Source: Candidatus Dojkabacteria bacterium
GTDB lineage: Bacteria > Patescibacteriota > Dojkabacteria > JAHIVN01
Reading direction: 5' to 3'
Assembly: GCA_016932045.1 (NCBI GenBank)
Contig: JAFGDO010000023.1
Span: 42,337 to 106,336 of the forward strand
DNA length: 64,000 nt
The translations under genes and the position numbers were made by a program. Shown here in pieces: positions 39,935 to 49,662 of this stretch (position 1 is its first letter; the number at the start of each line of letters is the position of its first letter). The notes under the pieces are model-generated. The model worked only from the letters and a program-made list of their open reading frames with translations, was not told where the DNA came from and did no database searches.

Positions 39935-40498
39935 ATGGGAGAGGTAGCAAGTTTGGGTACTGTAAATACAATAAATATTCCTTCCTTTGTCCTAGTGGTT
40001 GGTGGAGTATTGTTATTCGGGATAATTGTTTTTTTAGTAAGCATTATTGTATACCTTTCCAAAAAGATTAGATTTTTGACTAAGATGCGCTTTGGTTTCG
40101 GGGGCAGGCCTATCTTTTCTATTCTAGCAATTCTTGCGATTGCACTTGCGATACCCCTAACATACTATGCATCAAGCAGATCTATAGAGATAGTAAATTT
40201 AGCTCGTGCCGAAAGGGATGTGACGATTGAGGTCCAAAAGATAGAAGTATATGAGGGGTTGTATGATGTTTCTTTTATGGCTATTCCAACTGTTGATGGT
40301 GAAGCTTGGGGAGAGAAATCTTATGAAATCACATGGATGGTCGAGGGTCCATTGACATTTGAAAAGAAGGAAAGTGAGAGAAGTATAAAAGCACCTAGTT
40401 ATTTTCGGAAGGAACTGCCTAGTGGTACGTATGAGTTAAAAGTAGTAGTTGAAAGCGAGGGATTCAAAGTGGTAAAAACTCAGTACCTTGATTTTTAG
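39935..40498 (+). CDS. Hypothetical membrane protein with two TMs and a beta-rich domain
   Basis: Two hydrophobic segments; GTYELKVVV Ig-like terminus. Confidence 0.65.
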   Translation: MGEVASLGTVNTINIPSFVLVVGGVLLFGIIVFLVSIIVYLSKKIRFLTKMRFGFGGRPIFSILAILAIALAIPLTYYASSRSIEIVNLARAERDVTIEVQKIEVYEGLYDVSFMAIPTVDGEAWGEKSYEITWMVEGPLTFEKKESERSIKAPSYFRKELPSGTYELKVVVESEGFKVVKTQYLDF

Positions 40499-40514
40499 TT
40501 AATTACTATCATTT

Positions 40515-41936
40515 TTGTTAATTATTTCCGTGGATAAAAAGTATAGAAGAAGCTTACTCAAACCTAGATTTCTAACTGTTTTTTTAGCAGTTGTAGTACT
40601 CTTTAACTTCTTCAGCACTAAGATACTTCCTAAAGAAGTATTCTTAGCATATGCTGCAGATATAAATATCCAAGAGCTCGTTGATCTTGCAAATTCAGAG
40701 AGGCAGGCTCGGGGGGTTCAACTTTTATCTGTTGATTCCCGGTTAGTGGAGGCAGCAAAGGCAAAGGGCGAGGATATGTTGGCTAAAGATTACTGGTCAC
40801 ACTATGGTCCGAATGGAGAGTCGCCTTGGGATTTTATCTTATCGAGTGGGTATGAGTATATGTACGCTGGTGAGAATCTTGCCAAGGATTTTTCATCGAC
40901 TGCTCCTATACATAGTGCGTGGATGGCAAGTCAATCACATAGAAGTAATATACTCAACGTAAATTTTAAAAATGTCGGTATTGCTGCGGTTACTGGAGAA
41001 TTTCAAGGCGAAGAAACGACAATTGTAGTTCAAATGTTTGGTGCCGGAGAAGTAGATTATAATGAGTCTAGTGTAAACGATAGTGATAGTCTTCCTGTAA
41101 CAGGGTCAGAAGGCTCTCTTGAATCTCCTGTAATTATATACCCTCATGATGGAGATATCTTTGATAATGGAGCGTTTGATATAAGGGGAAATTCAAATGA
41201 GGGAACGAAGATAGAGATATTTGACAACCATAACATATCTGGAGAGGTAGCTCCTTTCGATTCTGCATTTGTTTATACAAATGCGGCCGGTTATAGTGAT
41301 GGATTGCACATTATATATGCGAAGGCTATAAACGAAGCCTTTGAGAGTAGTGGTATATCAAATATTATCAATGTAAATGTTGACACTATCGACCCGAATA
41401 TTGTTCGAGAATCGGCTAAATTTGAATATGTCGAGGTAGGATACGACTTTAGAAACTTTGTCTTTTCTATTGAGATTGAAGATAACCCTATTTATGTAAG
41501 TGGCGAGTACAAAGGGGAAGACGTGGATTGTAATTATATAAATGAGAGATGGCAGTGTGTTGTCAATGAAAAAATGGAAGTATTTGAAGAATTAAAGATA
41601 TACGCAAAAGATGCAGCGGGGAATGAGACTATGGAACTCTTCAAAACCGAAGAATTGAATAGTTTAGCAGAGTTTCATCTTGGAGATATGAATCTCGGAT
41701 CCGAGATTCATACATGGTTTATAGAAAATTTTATATCGCGAATCTTTACTAGAAGTCTGAGAGGTAAGGTAAATTTCCTTTTTGCAGTAATAATAGTCAT
41801 TATACTTGGTGCTCAATATTTAGTGCTAGCCAAAACAGGCTTGACAAAGGAATACTCATTTTCACTCCTGCACCTGCCTGTTTTTGCCATTCTGTTATTT
41901 GTTGGGCTTCTTGGAAGCGGGGGAGAAATACTGTAA
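40515..41936 (+). CDS. CAP (SCP) domain protein with Ig-like domains and C-terminal TMs
   Basis: DYWSH, AGENLA, WMAS.SHR.NIL. Confidence 0.88.
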   Translation: MLIISVDKKYRRSLLKPRFLTVFLAVVVLFNFFSTKILPKEVFLAYAADINIQELVDLANSERQARGVQLLSVDSRLVEAAKAKGEDMLAKDYWSHYGPNGESPWDFILSSGYEYMYAGENLAKDFSSTAPIHSAWMASQSHRSNILNVNFKNVGIAAVTGEFQGEETTIVVQMFGAGEVDYNESSVNDSDSLPVTGSEGSLESPVIIYPHDGDIFDNGAFDIRGNSNEGTKIEIFDNHNISGEVAPFDSAFVYTNAAGYSDGLHIIYAKAINEAFESSGISNIINVNVDTIDPNIVRESAKFEYVEVGYDFRNFVFSIEIEDNPIYVSGEYKGEDVDCNYINERWQCVVNEKMEVFEELKIYAKDAAGNETMELFKTEELNSLAEFHLGDMNLGSEIHTWFIENFISRIFTRSLRGKVNFLFAVIIVIILGAQYLVLAKTGLTKEYSFSLLHLPVFAILLFVGLLGSGGEIL

Positions 41937-41997
41937 TCAAATTAAAAGCTTACTTGATAGGTTTTTACAAAAAGGGTTTAATAATTAAGGATATTTT

Positions 41998-42825
41998 ATG
42001 ACTCAGTTCATAAGTTTTCTAGGAAAAAATAAACGTAGCATTTTTTACGCATTTTCAACTGGATTTGGCCTTACCTTTGCATTGGAACTTCTGAAAGATT
42101 ATGGAGGAGATGAGTTTTGGATGGGAGTTTCACTTACCAGTGTCGTGTTAATTTTGGAGATTTACTTAAATTGGAGATTTGCGACAAGAATTTTGCGTCA
42201 AATCGACTTGCCTAGTATTAATACTTATAATTTATGGGGTCACTTTCTCAATCATATTACCCTTCCCCTCTTATTATTTTTTTCATTAGCTGGTTTTATA
42301 TACTTTAATAGCGATGATTTGGTTAGACTTATAGCTATCATAGCTTTAGTGTTTATCAATATTATCCTTTTCATAAATATTCGCTCATACTACCAGGATG
42401 AGTTCAAGATTGATGTCAGTACACGATATATTTACGATGTTATAAAACTTATTATCTCCTTTTTCGGGATAAATTTGATTCTTCATGTGAAGGTCTTACT
42501 GCAATTGGACTTATGGCTTATGGCATGCTGTGTATGTTTTTTGCTATTAATACTCGGGGGACTACTGATCTATAGAAAGGCTCAGGTAAACATTTATACA
42601 ATTGCATATGTGATTATTTCCTCATTCTTAATAGCTGTTGTATTTATGCTTTTAAATGTTTTCGGTTTTATACTCTTGGGAATAAATGTTATTTCTTTTT
42701 TGCTTTTTTATTTCTCTCTTTCTATACTTCATCATAGGATTGAAAGGTCATTAACTCTCAATGTATTTCTTGAGTACGTTATGTTTTTTATTATTGCATT
42801 ACTTTTATTTGCAGGTCTTAGCTAG
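41998..42825 (+). CDS. Polytopic membrane protein of unknown function
   Basis: Many hydrophobic helices across 275 aa; co-oriented with neighbours. Confidence 0.7.
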   Translation: MTQFISFLGKNKRSIFYAFSTGFGLTFALELLKDYGGDEFWMGVSLTSVVLILEIYLNWRFATRILRQIDLPSINTYNLWGHFLNHITLPLLLFFSLAGFIYFNSDDLVRLIAIIALVFINIILFINIRSYYQDEFKIDVSTRYIYDVIKLIISFFGINLILHVKVLLQLDLWLMACCVCFLLLILGGLLIYRKAQVNIYTIAYVIISSFLIAVVFMLLNVFGFILLGINVISFLLFYFSLSILHHRIERSLTLNVFLEYVMFFIIALLLFAGLS

Positions 42826-42898
42826 ATAAGTAAATCTTTGTGCGATATGGCTATTTAATAGATATTGAAGGATATTTTAAATATTATTTATAGCTCAA

Positions 42899-43486
42899 AT
42901 GAATATCATAATCACAGGTAGAGGTGTAGAGGTAACGGAGGCGATAAAGGCGAAGGTTCACGATATGTTAGAAAAACACGAAAAGCTTCTCGAAAAGGCA
43001 AATAAAATAGAGGTTGAAGTTAAGCAGAATATGTCTCACGGTGGTGTAAAAAATGATCTTAGTGTAGAGATTATTGTTACAATGCTCAAGGTATTTATAA
43101 GAGTAGAAGAGAGTGGGAATGATGTTTATGCAATTATCGACGAGATGGATCCAATACTTAGAAGGAGACTAGTGAGGTTTAGGGACCGTATAAAAGAATG
43201 GGAGAGAGATAAATCCTGGAAAATTATAGAGAGAAAAAGACTTGAAGAGGAGATAGAAAATATGAAGGAGGATAGGTATGCAGATCAAAGTTTTGTTCCT
43301 CCTACAATAACTCGTTATAAACAATTTAGACAGAACTCTCCGATGCATGTTGCGGAGGCTATTGAGAGAATGGAGCTTTTAGGACATGAGGCTTTTTTGT
43401 TCAAGAATATCGAAACAAATAAATATTCAGTTGTGTATCAAAGAAGAGATGGGACATATGGTCTTATCGAACCAAAGGAAGGATAA
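42899..43486 (+). CDS. raiA: Ribosome hibernation promoting factor, long form
   Basis: MNIIITGRGVEVTEA, DVYAIID, PM...EAI..MELLGH.F, Y.R.DGTYGLI. Confidence 0.92.
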   Translation: MNIIITGRGVEVTEAIKAKVHDMLEKHEKLLEKANKIEVEVKQNMSHGGVKNDLSVEIIVTMLKVFIRVEESGNDVYAIIDEMDPILRRRLVRFRDRIKEWERDKSWKIIERKRLEEEIENMKEDRYADQSFVPPTITRYKQFRQNSPMHVAEAIERMELLGHEAFLFKNIETNKYSVVYQRRDGTYGLIEPKEG

Positions 43487-43559
43487 ATTTCCATATTCCG
43501 ATTTAAGGGTTCCAATTGTTAGATAAAAGAGTTCATAACTAAGCTATGTATCTTTTTAA

Positions 43560-44759
43560 ATGAAGATTGCACAGGTTTGCCCTTATAATATCTTTAGATC
43601 AGGAGGTGTCCAAAGCCACATTCTTTTCCTTTCAGATGAATTAAGGAAGAGGGGTCATGAAGTAAAGATTATTGCACCAGGTGTTCGTGGAGCTCGTGAA
43701 GATCAGAATATAATATTGATAGGCAGTAGTAACGAGGTATATTTTAATAAGACGCAAATAGAAGTGAGTATTGCAGTTGGGAAAAGTAGGGAATTACTCA
43801 AGGATACTCTTGAAAAAGAAAAGTTTGATGTTATTCATTTCCACGAACCGTGGGTGCCAGTACTCCCGATGCAGATATTGTACGAATCTGATGTTACAAA
43901 TGTAGGTACATTCCATGCTGCTACAACAAATACACTTGTAAGTCAGTCTTTTGAGACATTACTTATGCCGGTTGCAAGCACAATTGTGAATACTCTAGAT
44001 GCTACTGTTGCGGTCTCTGAAGTTCCTGCAAGTTATCTACGTCAAATTTCACGCAGGAATATTAATATTGTTCCAAATGGAATTGACCTTGAAACATTTA
44101 ATACTGGAAACAAACCATTTAAGAAATATAGTAGCGGAAAAGTTATCATACTTTTTCTTGGTCGCTTGGATAAAAGGAAGGGCGTAATATATTTACTAAG
44201 GGCTTATAGGCGTCTAAGGAAAAAATTTCAAAACATCAAACTTCTAATAGGTGGAAAAGGGGAAGAGCTTAAGAAGTTAGTGAAGTATGTAAGAAAATAC
44301 AAACTAAAAGACGTTGAATTTCTGGGCTATGTTGAGGAGGAGGACAAACCACGATTGTATGCTAGCTGTGATATATTTTGTTCCCCGGCTCTTTATGGTG
44401 AAAGTTTTGGTATAGTTCTATTAGAAGCTATGGCAACTGGTAAACCCGTCGTAGCCTTTTCAAATCCTGGATATGAGACTGTACTCAAAGGGAGAGGATC
44501 TTTACTTCTTGTTAAACCTCGAGATACTGAAGGATTAGGAGAGAAGTTAGCAGTTCTTTGTAATGATAGGGATCTGCGGAATTTTTTAGGTACCTGGGGA
44601 GAGCGAGAGGCTGCCAAATATGCATGGCCAAATATCTGTGATCAGATATTGGAAGTATACAGGACAGCGATTGAAAGAAGAAGGGAGATAGATGTTAAAA
44701 GTAAGAGAAATGGTCTTTATAAGTTGCTAGATAAATGGTTTAAACGATTTGAAAAATGA
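43560..44759 (+). CDS. GT4 glycosyltransferase, PimA-like
   Basis: VCPY....GGVQ.H, HFHEP, FLGRLD.RKG, GESFGIVLLEAMA. Confidence 0.9.
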   Translation: MKIAQVCPYNIFRSGGVQSHILFLSDELRKRGHEVKIIAPGVRGAREDQNIILIGSSNEVYFNKTQIEVSIAVGKSRELLKDTLEKEKFDVIHFHEPWVPVLPMQILYESDVTNVGTFHAATTNTLVSQSFETLLMPVASTIVNTLDATVAVSEVPASYLRQISRRNINIVPNGIDLETFNTGNKPFKKYSSGKVIILFLGRLDKRKGVIYLLRAYRRLRKKFQNIKLLIGGKGEELKKLVKYVRKYKLKDVEFLGYVEEEDKPRLYASCDIFCSPALYGESFGIVLLEAMATGKPVVAFSNPGYETVLKGRGSLLLVKPRDTEGLGEKLAVLCNDRDLRNFLGTWGEREAAKYAWPNICDQILEVYRTAIERRREIDVKSKRNGLYKLLDKWFKRFEK

Positions 44760-45874
44760 AGATTGGCTTGGTTTTTGATACAACTTTTGATAGTGATGCC
44801 GGAGTACAACAATATTTTAAAGGTTTAGCAAAGTACTTGCTTGTACATGGTCACGATATCCGATTTCTTGTTCCGAAATCGAGTAGGGAAGGTGAATTTA
44901 AAGGAAAGATAATTCAGTTTGGCAGTAGTATAAACCCCGTCGGCAACGTTACAAGTGTTCCGATTAGTTTCTTTGTTGGTGGAAGGAAAAGAATTAAGGA
45001 AGTTTTGAGAAAGGAAAGATTCGATATCATTCATATTGGTGCACCATTTTCACCTTTTCTGGGAGCAAAAATTGTAGAGCTTTGTAATTGTCCAGTAGTA
45101 TCAACGTATCTTGTTCACACAAAAAATTCTATCTATAAACTGGGTGCAAAAATACTTGGGGTGTTTTTGCTGAAGGCATACAGGAAAATTGATGCGCACC
45201 TAGCCATATCAGAAGTTTCTAAAGCTGAAGCTTGCGTTGTGATCCCGGGCGATTACAACGTTATTCCAATTGGAGTAGATACTGCTAAGTACTCATCAAA
45301 AGCCAAGCCAATTAAAAAGTTTTCAGATGGTAAAAGCAACATTTTATTTTTAGGTAGGCTTGAAGAAAGAAAGGGCTGTGAATATCTGATCCGTGCATTT
45401 AATAAAGTAAGGAGTAAGGTTAGAAACTCTCGTCTAATCATTGCGGGCGATGGGCCACTGAGGAAACAATTGGAGGCTTTGGTTAAGAAACTTAAACTTG
45501 AAGGTGTTGTTTTCGAGGGATATATTGATGAAAAGTTAAAACATAGATACTATGCAAGTGCAGACCTTTGTGTTTTTCCTGCTATACATGGTGAAAGTTT
45601 TGGTGTAGTTTTGATAGAGGCTATGGCCTCAGGTAAAGTGACACTTGCGTTTGCAAACGAAGGTTATAAGTTTGTATTGAGAAATATTTCTCAGTTAATT
45701 GTACCAAATAGAAATACAGGTGAACTTGCAAAGAGAATAGAAGAATTTCTTTTAGATAAGAAATTAAGAAGGAAATATGAAGCCAAGTGTTTACGTGAAG
45801 CGAAAAAATATGGATGGGAAGCAGTTGGTCTCGAGATTCTTAAAATTTACGAAGATTTACTTGTTAGAGCATAA
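44756..45874 (+). CDS. GT4 glycosyltransferase, PimA-like paralog
   Basis: GVQQY, FLGRLEERKG, GESFGVVLIEAMA; ATGA overlap with the upstream gene. Confidence 0.9.
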   Translation: MKIGLVFDTTFDSDAGVQQYFKGLAKYLLVHGHDIRFLVPKSSREGEFKGKIIQFGSSINPVGNVTSVPISFFVGGRKRIKEVLRKERFDIIHIGAPFSPFLGAKIVELCNCPVVSTYLVHTKNSIYKLGAKILGVFLLKAYRKIDAHLAISEVSKAEACVVIPGDYNVIPIGVDTAKYSSKAKPIKKFSDGKSNILFLGRLEERKGCEYLIRAFNKVRSKVRNSRLIIAGDGPLRKQLEALVKKLKLEGVVFEGYIDEKLKHRYYASADLCVFPAIHGESFGVVLIEAMASGKVTLAFANEGYKFVLRNISQLIVPNRNTGELAKRIEEFLLDKKLRRKYEAKCLREAKKYGWEAVGLEILKIYEDLLVRA

Positions 45875-45940
45875 TTGTTTAGGCTTGCAGTTTATTATTC
45901 AAAAAAAAAGGCAAACTGAAACGATTATGACTAAGAATAA

Positions 45941-46522
45941 ATGCGTCTATTCCTTGCTATATTCCCTCCAGAGGAGGTTCTAGAGTTCTTAAAGGGAATT
46001 CAGAGAGATTTAAATCAATTTAATAAATTTCTTAAATTTACCGAACCTGAACTTATTCACATTACCCTTAAGTTTTTAGGTAGTGATGTAAGTAGGGACT
46101 GTTTGGAAGAATTTTTACCGCTTTTAAAGCAAAAGGTCTCATGCTTTGAACAGTTCAATGTAAGGATACATGAGGCTAGATTTGGTTTTCCAGATCAGCG
46201 TTGGCCTAGAATTCTTTATGTTTCAGTTAAGAACAATGAAAGAATAGACAAGCTGTCCAGTACTATTAATGCAGCTATAGAAGGACTTGATCTTCCCGAT
46301 ATCTTGAGTGAGAAATGGTTGGATAAGCCGACATTTCATTTTACCATTGCGAGGACCAAAAGCAGGATTACTGAGAGTGTAATTTTTGATATCAGACGGA
46401 AACTGAAACAAATAGAACTGTGGGAAGGATTTCTCGTTAAAAAAATTAAGCTTGTTGAAAGTAGCCTCTACAAAGAGGGACCAAAATATGAAGTAATAGA
46501 GGAACTAGAGTTGGGGAAATAG
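45941..46522 (+). CDS. thpR: RNA 2',3'-cyclic phosphodiesterase (2H family)
   Basis: MRLFLAI, HITLKFLG, HFTIAR, GPKY. Confidence 0.9.
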   Translation: MRLFLAIFPPEEVLEFLKGIQRDLNQFNKFLKFTEPELIHITLKFLGSDVSRDCLEEFLPLLKQKVSCFEQFNVRIHEARFGFPDQRWPRILYVSVKNNERIDKLSSTINAAIEGLDLPDILSEKWLDKPTFHFTIARTKSRITESVIFDIRRKLKQIELWEGFLVKKIKLVESSLYKEGPKYEVIEELELGK

Positions 46523-46549
46523 GGTCAAATTTTAAGAATAACATTTTTT

Positions 46550-46602
46550 GCCTACTCCAAAGGCGGACCAGTCTATGGCTGGTTTAACCTTTAGGCTTTA
46601 TT
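46550..46602 (+). terminator. Hairpin between thpR and secA
   Basis: GCCTA..AAAGG..ACCAGTC-TAT-GGCTGGT..CCTTTAGGC then TTTATT. Confidence 0.4.
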
Positions 46603-46639
46603 ATGATAAGATTAATAGCTAATTTTATAAAATTTATAC

Positions 46640-49561
46640 ATGCTAGGTTTCTTAAAGAGATTCTTTGATAACAACGAGAAACAATTGAGAAGCGGGATGG
46701 AAGTTGTAGAGAGCATAAATGCCTTAGAGAAAAGTGTTAGTAAGATGAGTATTGAAGACATTCGAAAACGAATTGACGATATGAAGGTTGAACTAAAATC
46801 CTTACTAAAAAAGGTACCAAGCGAAGCAAAATCTTCTGTCAAATCTAGGGATTTCACAAAAGGACTACCTCAGTATGAATTGGATATAATAGCGAAACTA
46901 CAAGGGTATGTTCCCGAGGTGTTTGCTTTTATAAGAGAGTTGATGACAAGAAAGACGGGGGGGAAAAGAAGGCACTTTGATGTTCAGTTACTTGCCGGAG
47001 TGATTCTTGCTCAGGGAAATAAATTAACAGAGTTAAAAACAGGTGAAGGAAAAACACAGGTTTTCCATCTTCCCTTAGCTTTGTATGCTCTTACAGGAAG
47101 AGGGGCGCATCTTGTTACGGTAAACGACTATCTTACTCGTAGAGATGGTGAATATGCAGGGCATATAATGTCTGAACTAGGTTTCTCAGTGGGTGTAATT
47201 GTCCCTAGAAAGGCATTTAAATTTGTTCCTGATAGCGAACTAAAGAAGGTTAAGGGAGAAGAAGTATATAACGAACGGATGGAAGTTGACATCATAAACC
47301 CCGGAGATGTGCGCGGGTGGAACTTAGTAGAATGTACTAAAAATGAGGCTTATGAATGTGATATAGTTTACGCTACTAACAACGAGATAGGATTTGATTA
47401 TCTTAGAGACAATATGGCTTCCAACCTTGATCGTATAGTTCAGCGCGAACTATATTTTTGTATTGTAGATGAGGTCGACTCAATTCTAATTGATGAAGCC
47501 AGGACTCCACTTATCATTTCAGCCCCTGCCGAAAAATCAAATGAGCTGTATACAAAATTCGCAAGAATTATTCCGCAGCTTGAGGCGACTGATGATTATA
47601 CTGTTGACGAAAAGGCACATAGCGCAGTTTTGACAGACAAAGGAATTGAAAGGGTAGAGAAAATTCTTGGTGTGAAGAACCTTTGGGAAGATTATCAACT
47701 AGCTCATCACCTTGAGAATGCATTAAAAGCATATACATTATATAAGAGGGATGATGAATATATTGTTAAAGACAATCAGGTTCTAATTGTTGATCAATTT
47801 ACCGGGAGAGTTCTCCCAGGAAGAAGATATAGCGAAGGGTTACATCAGGCTATAGAAGCAAAGGAGGGTACAGATATAAAGCAAGAATCAAAAACTTTGG
47901 CAACAATCACTTTTCAGAATTTCTTTAGGTTATACAAAGTACTTTGTGGGGGTTCTGGAACTGTTATGACAGAAGCTGAAGAGTTCTACAAGATTTATTA
48001 TCTTGATTCGGTTGAGGTACCAACCAACGTGCCTGTTATCAGAAAAGATATGACTGATAGGGTTTATAAGAACCAGGAAGCAAAATTTGAAGCAGTTGTA
48101 AATGAAATCCAAGAGAGGCATGAAAAAGGCCAGCCAATTCTTGTTGGCACTACCTCTGTTGAAAAGAGTGAATATTTATCAAGAAAATTGGATAAAATAG
48201 GCGTTGAACATGAGGTCTTAAATGCTAAGCAGCATGAAAGGGAAGCTCAAATTGTAGCAAAGGCTGGACAAGAGAAAGCTGTTACAATTGCTACAAATAT
48301 GGCTGGAAGGGGTACTGATATTAGATTGGGAGAAGGTGTGAAAGAAAAAGGCGGACTAAGTGTAATTGGAACTGAGAGGCATGATGCAAGAAGAATTGAT
48401 AATCAGTTAAGAGGTAGGAGCGGAAGGCAAGGTGATCCAGGGGCTAGCAGGTTTTATGTAGCATTGGATGATGAGATTATGAGAATTCAAGGTGGGAGTA
48501 TCATTCAAAGTCTTATGGAGAGGACAAATATCCCTGATGACATGCCTATTGAATCTGGTCTAGTTGGTGGAGCTATTGAAAGGGCGCAAAAGAGGATGGA
48601 AGGTTATCACTTTGATATCAGGAACAATGTAGTAAAGTACGACGATGTGATGAATCAACAAAGAGAAATATTTTATACTAGAAGACGAAACCTACTTAAA
48701 CTTACAAGTGAAGTGAGGAAAGGTGATGATCAGGAAAAGGTAAAGAGATCCAGAGAGGAATTGGAGAATCGCTTTAGACAGGAGATATTTGATGAGGTCG
48801 AGGCAGTTATTGCGAGTCACTTTGCGGAAGGGGAGGAAGCACAAGTTGGTCAGTTAGTTGAAGATTTTCTTGATTTCTCGGACGATCGTGCTATCCTTGC
48901 TGCTTTTGTAGCGTTATCAAAAGAGGAGCCAGAGTTAAAAATAAAATTTAAAGAATTAGATAAATTCTCTCCAAAAGAGCAGTTGACAAAAGCCTTAGAA
49001 GGAAGGAGCAGGCAGGAGATACAAGGACTTCTTGAGAAAATCACAGAGGAGATGCTTAAAGCAAAAAGGAGAGAGCTGGGAGAAAGTGAATTCCTACATG
49101 TTTCTACTTTAGTAATACTTGAGGTCATGGATCAGCTTTGGACAGACCACTTAGATGCGATACAAGATTTGCGAGAAGGAATAGGCCTTAGGGGGGTAGC
49201 TCAAAGAGATCCCTTAGTAGAATACAAGAATGAAGCATTTATGTATTTTGATGAATTTATGAGTTCTGTTAGACAGCGCTTTTCAAGAAGGATATTTAAG
49301 GTACATAGAGTTGAGGAGAAAGGTCCAAGAGTGAATTTGAGGACAAATATAGATGAGATCCAGGATATCATGACAGGAAGTAGAGAAATGACCGAGGTTG
49401 TTCAGAAATATCTACAAGGCAAAAGGGGATCTTCTCAAGGTAAGGCTCAACAGGCAAAGAAACCAAAAGTGAAAACAGTAATTAAAGGGCAGAAGATCGG
49501 AAGGAACGATCCCTGTCCATGTGGAAGTGGTAAAAAATATAAGAAGTGTTGCGGTAGGTGA
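46640..49561 (+). CDS. secA: Preprotein translocase SecA
   Basis: KTGEGKT, VDEVDSILIDEARTPLIIS, ATNMAGRGTDI, GRNDPCPCGSGKKYKKCC. Confidence 0.99.
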   Translation: MLGFLKRFFDNNEKQLRSGMEVVESINALEKSVSKMSIEDIRKRIDDMKVELKSLLKKVPSEAKSSVKSRDFTKGLPQYELDIIAKLQGYVPEVFAFIRELMTRKTGGKRRHFDVQLLAGVILAQGNKLTELKTGEGKTQVFHLPLALYALTGRGAHLVTVNDYLTRRDGEYAGHIMSELGFSVGVIVPRKAFKFVPDSELKKVKGEEVYNERMEVDIINPGDVRGWNLVECTKNEAYECDIVYATNNEIGFDYLRDNMASNLDRIVQRELYFCIVDEVDSILIDEARTPLIISAPAEKSNELYTKFARIIPQLEATDDYTVDEKAHSAVLTDKGIERVEKILGVKNLWEDYQLAHHLENALKAYTLYKRDDEYIVKDNQVLIVDQFTGRVLPGRRYSEGLHQAIEAKEGTDIKQESKTLATITFQNFFRLYKVLCGGSGTVMTEAEEFYKIYYLDSVEVPTNVPVIRKDMTDRVYKNQEAKFEAVVNEIQERHEKGQPILVGTTSVEKSEYLSRKLDKIGVEHEVLNAKQHEREAQIVAKAGQEKAVTIATNMAGRGTDIRLGEGVKEKGGLSVIGTERHDARRIDNQLRGRSGRQGDPGASRFYVALDDEIMRIQGGSIIQSLMERTNIPDDMPIESGLVGGAIERAQKRMEGYHFDIRNNVVKYDDVMNQQREIFYTRRRNLLKLTSEVRKGDDQEKVKRSREELENRFRQEIFDEVEAVIASHFAEGEEAQVGQLVEDFLDFSDDRAILAAFVALSKEEPELKIKFKELDKFSPKEQLTKALEGRSRQEIQGLLEKITEEMLKAKRRELGESEFLHVSTLVILEVMDQLWTDHLDAIQDLREGIGLRGVAQRDPLVEYKNEAFMYFDEFMSSVRQRFSRRIFKVHRVEEKGPRVNLRTNIDEIQDIMTGSREMTEVVQKYLQGKRGSSQGKAQQAKKPKVKTVIKGQKIGRNDPCPCGSGKKYKKCCGR

Positions 49562-49662
49562 GAATGCCACCTTTTTTACTATCATTGGGATAAAATGAAT
49601 GCTTGGTGAATATGCAATTTTAGTTTATTGTATCAAGTCTTCTATTCAAGCTAAATTCCAAT

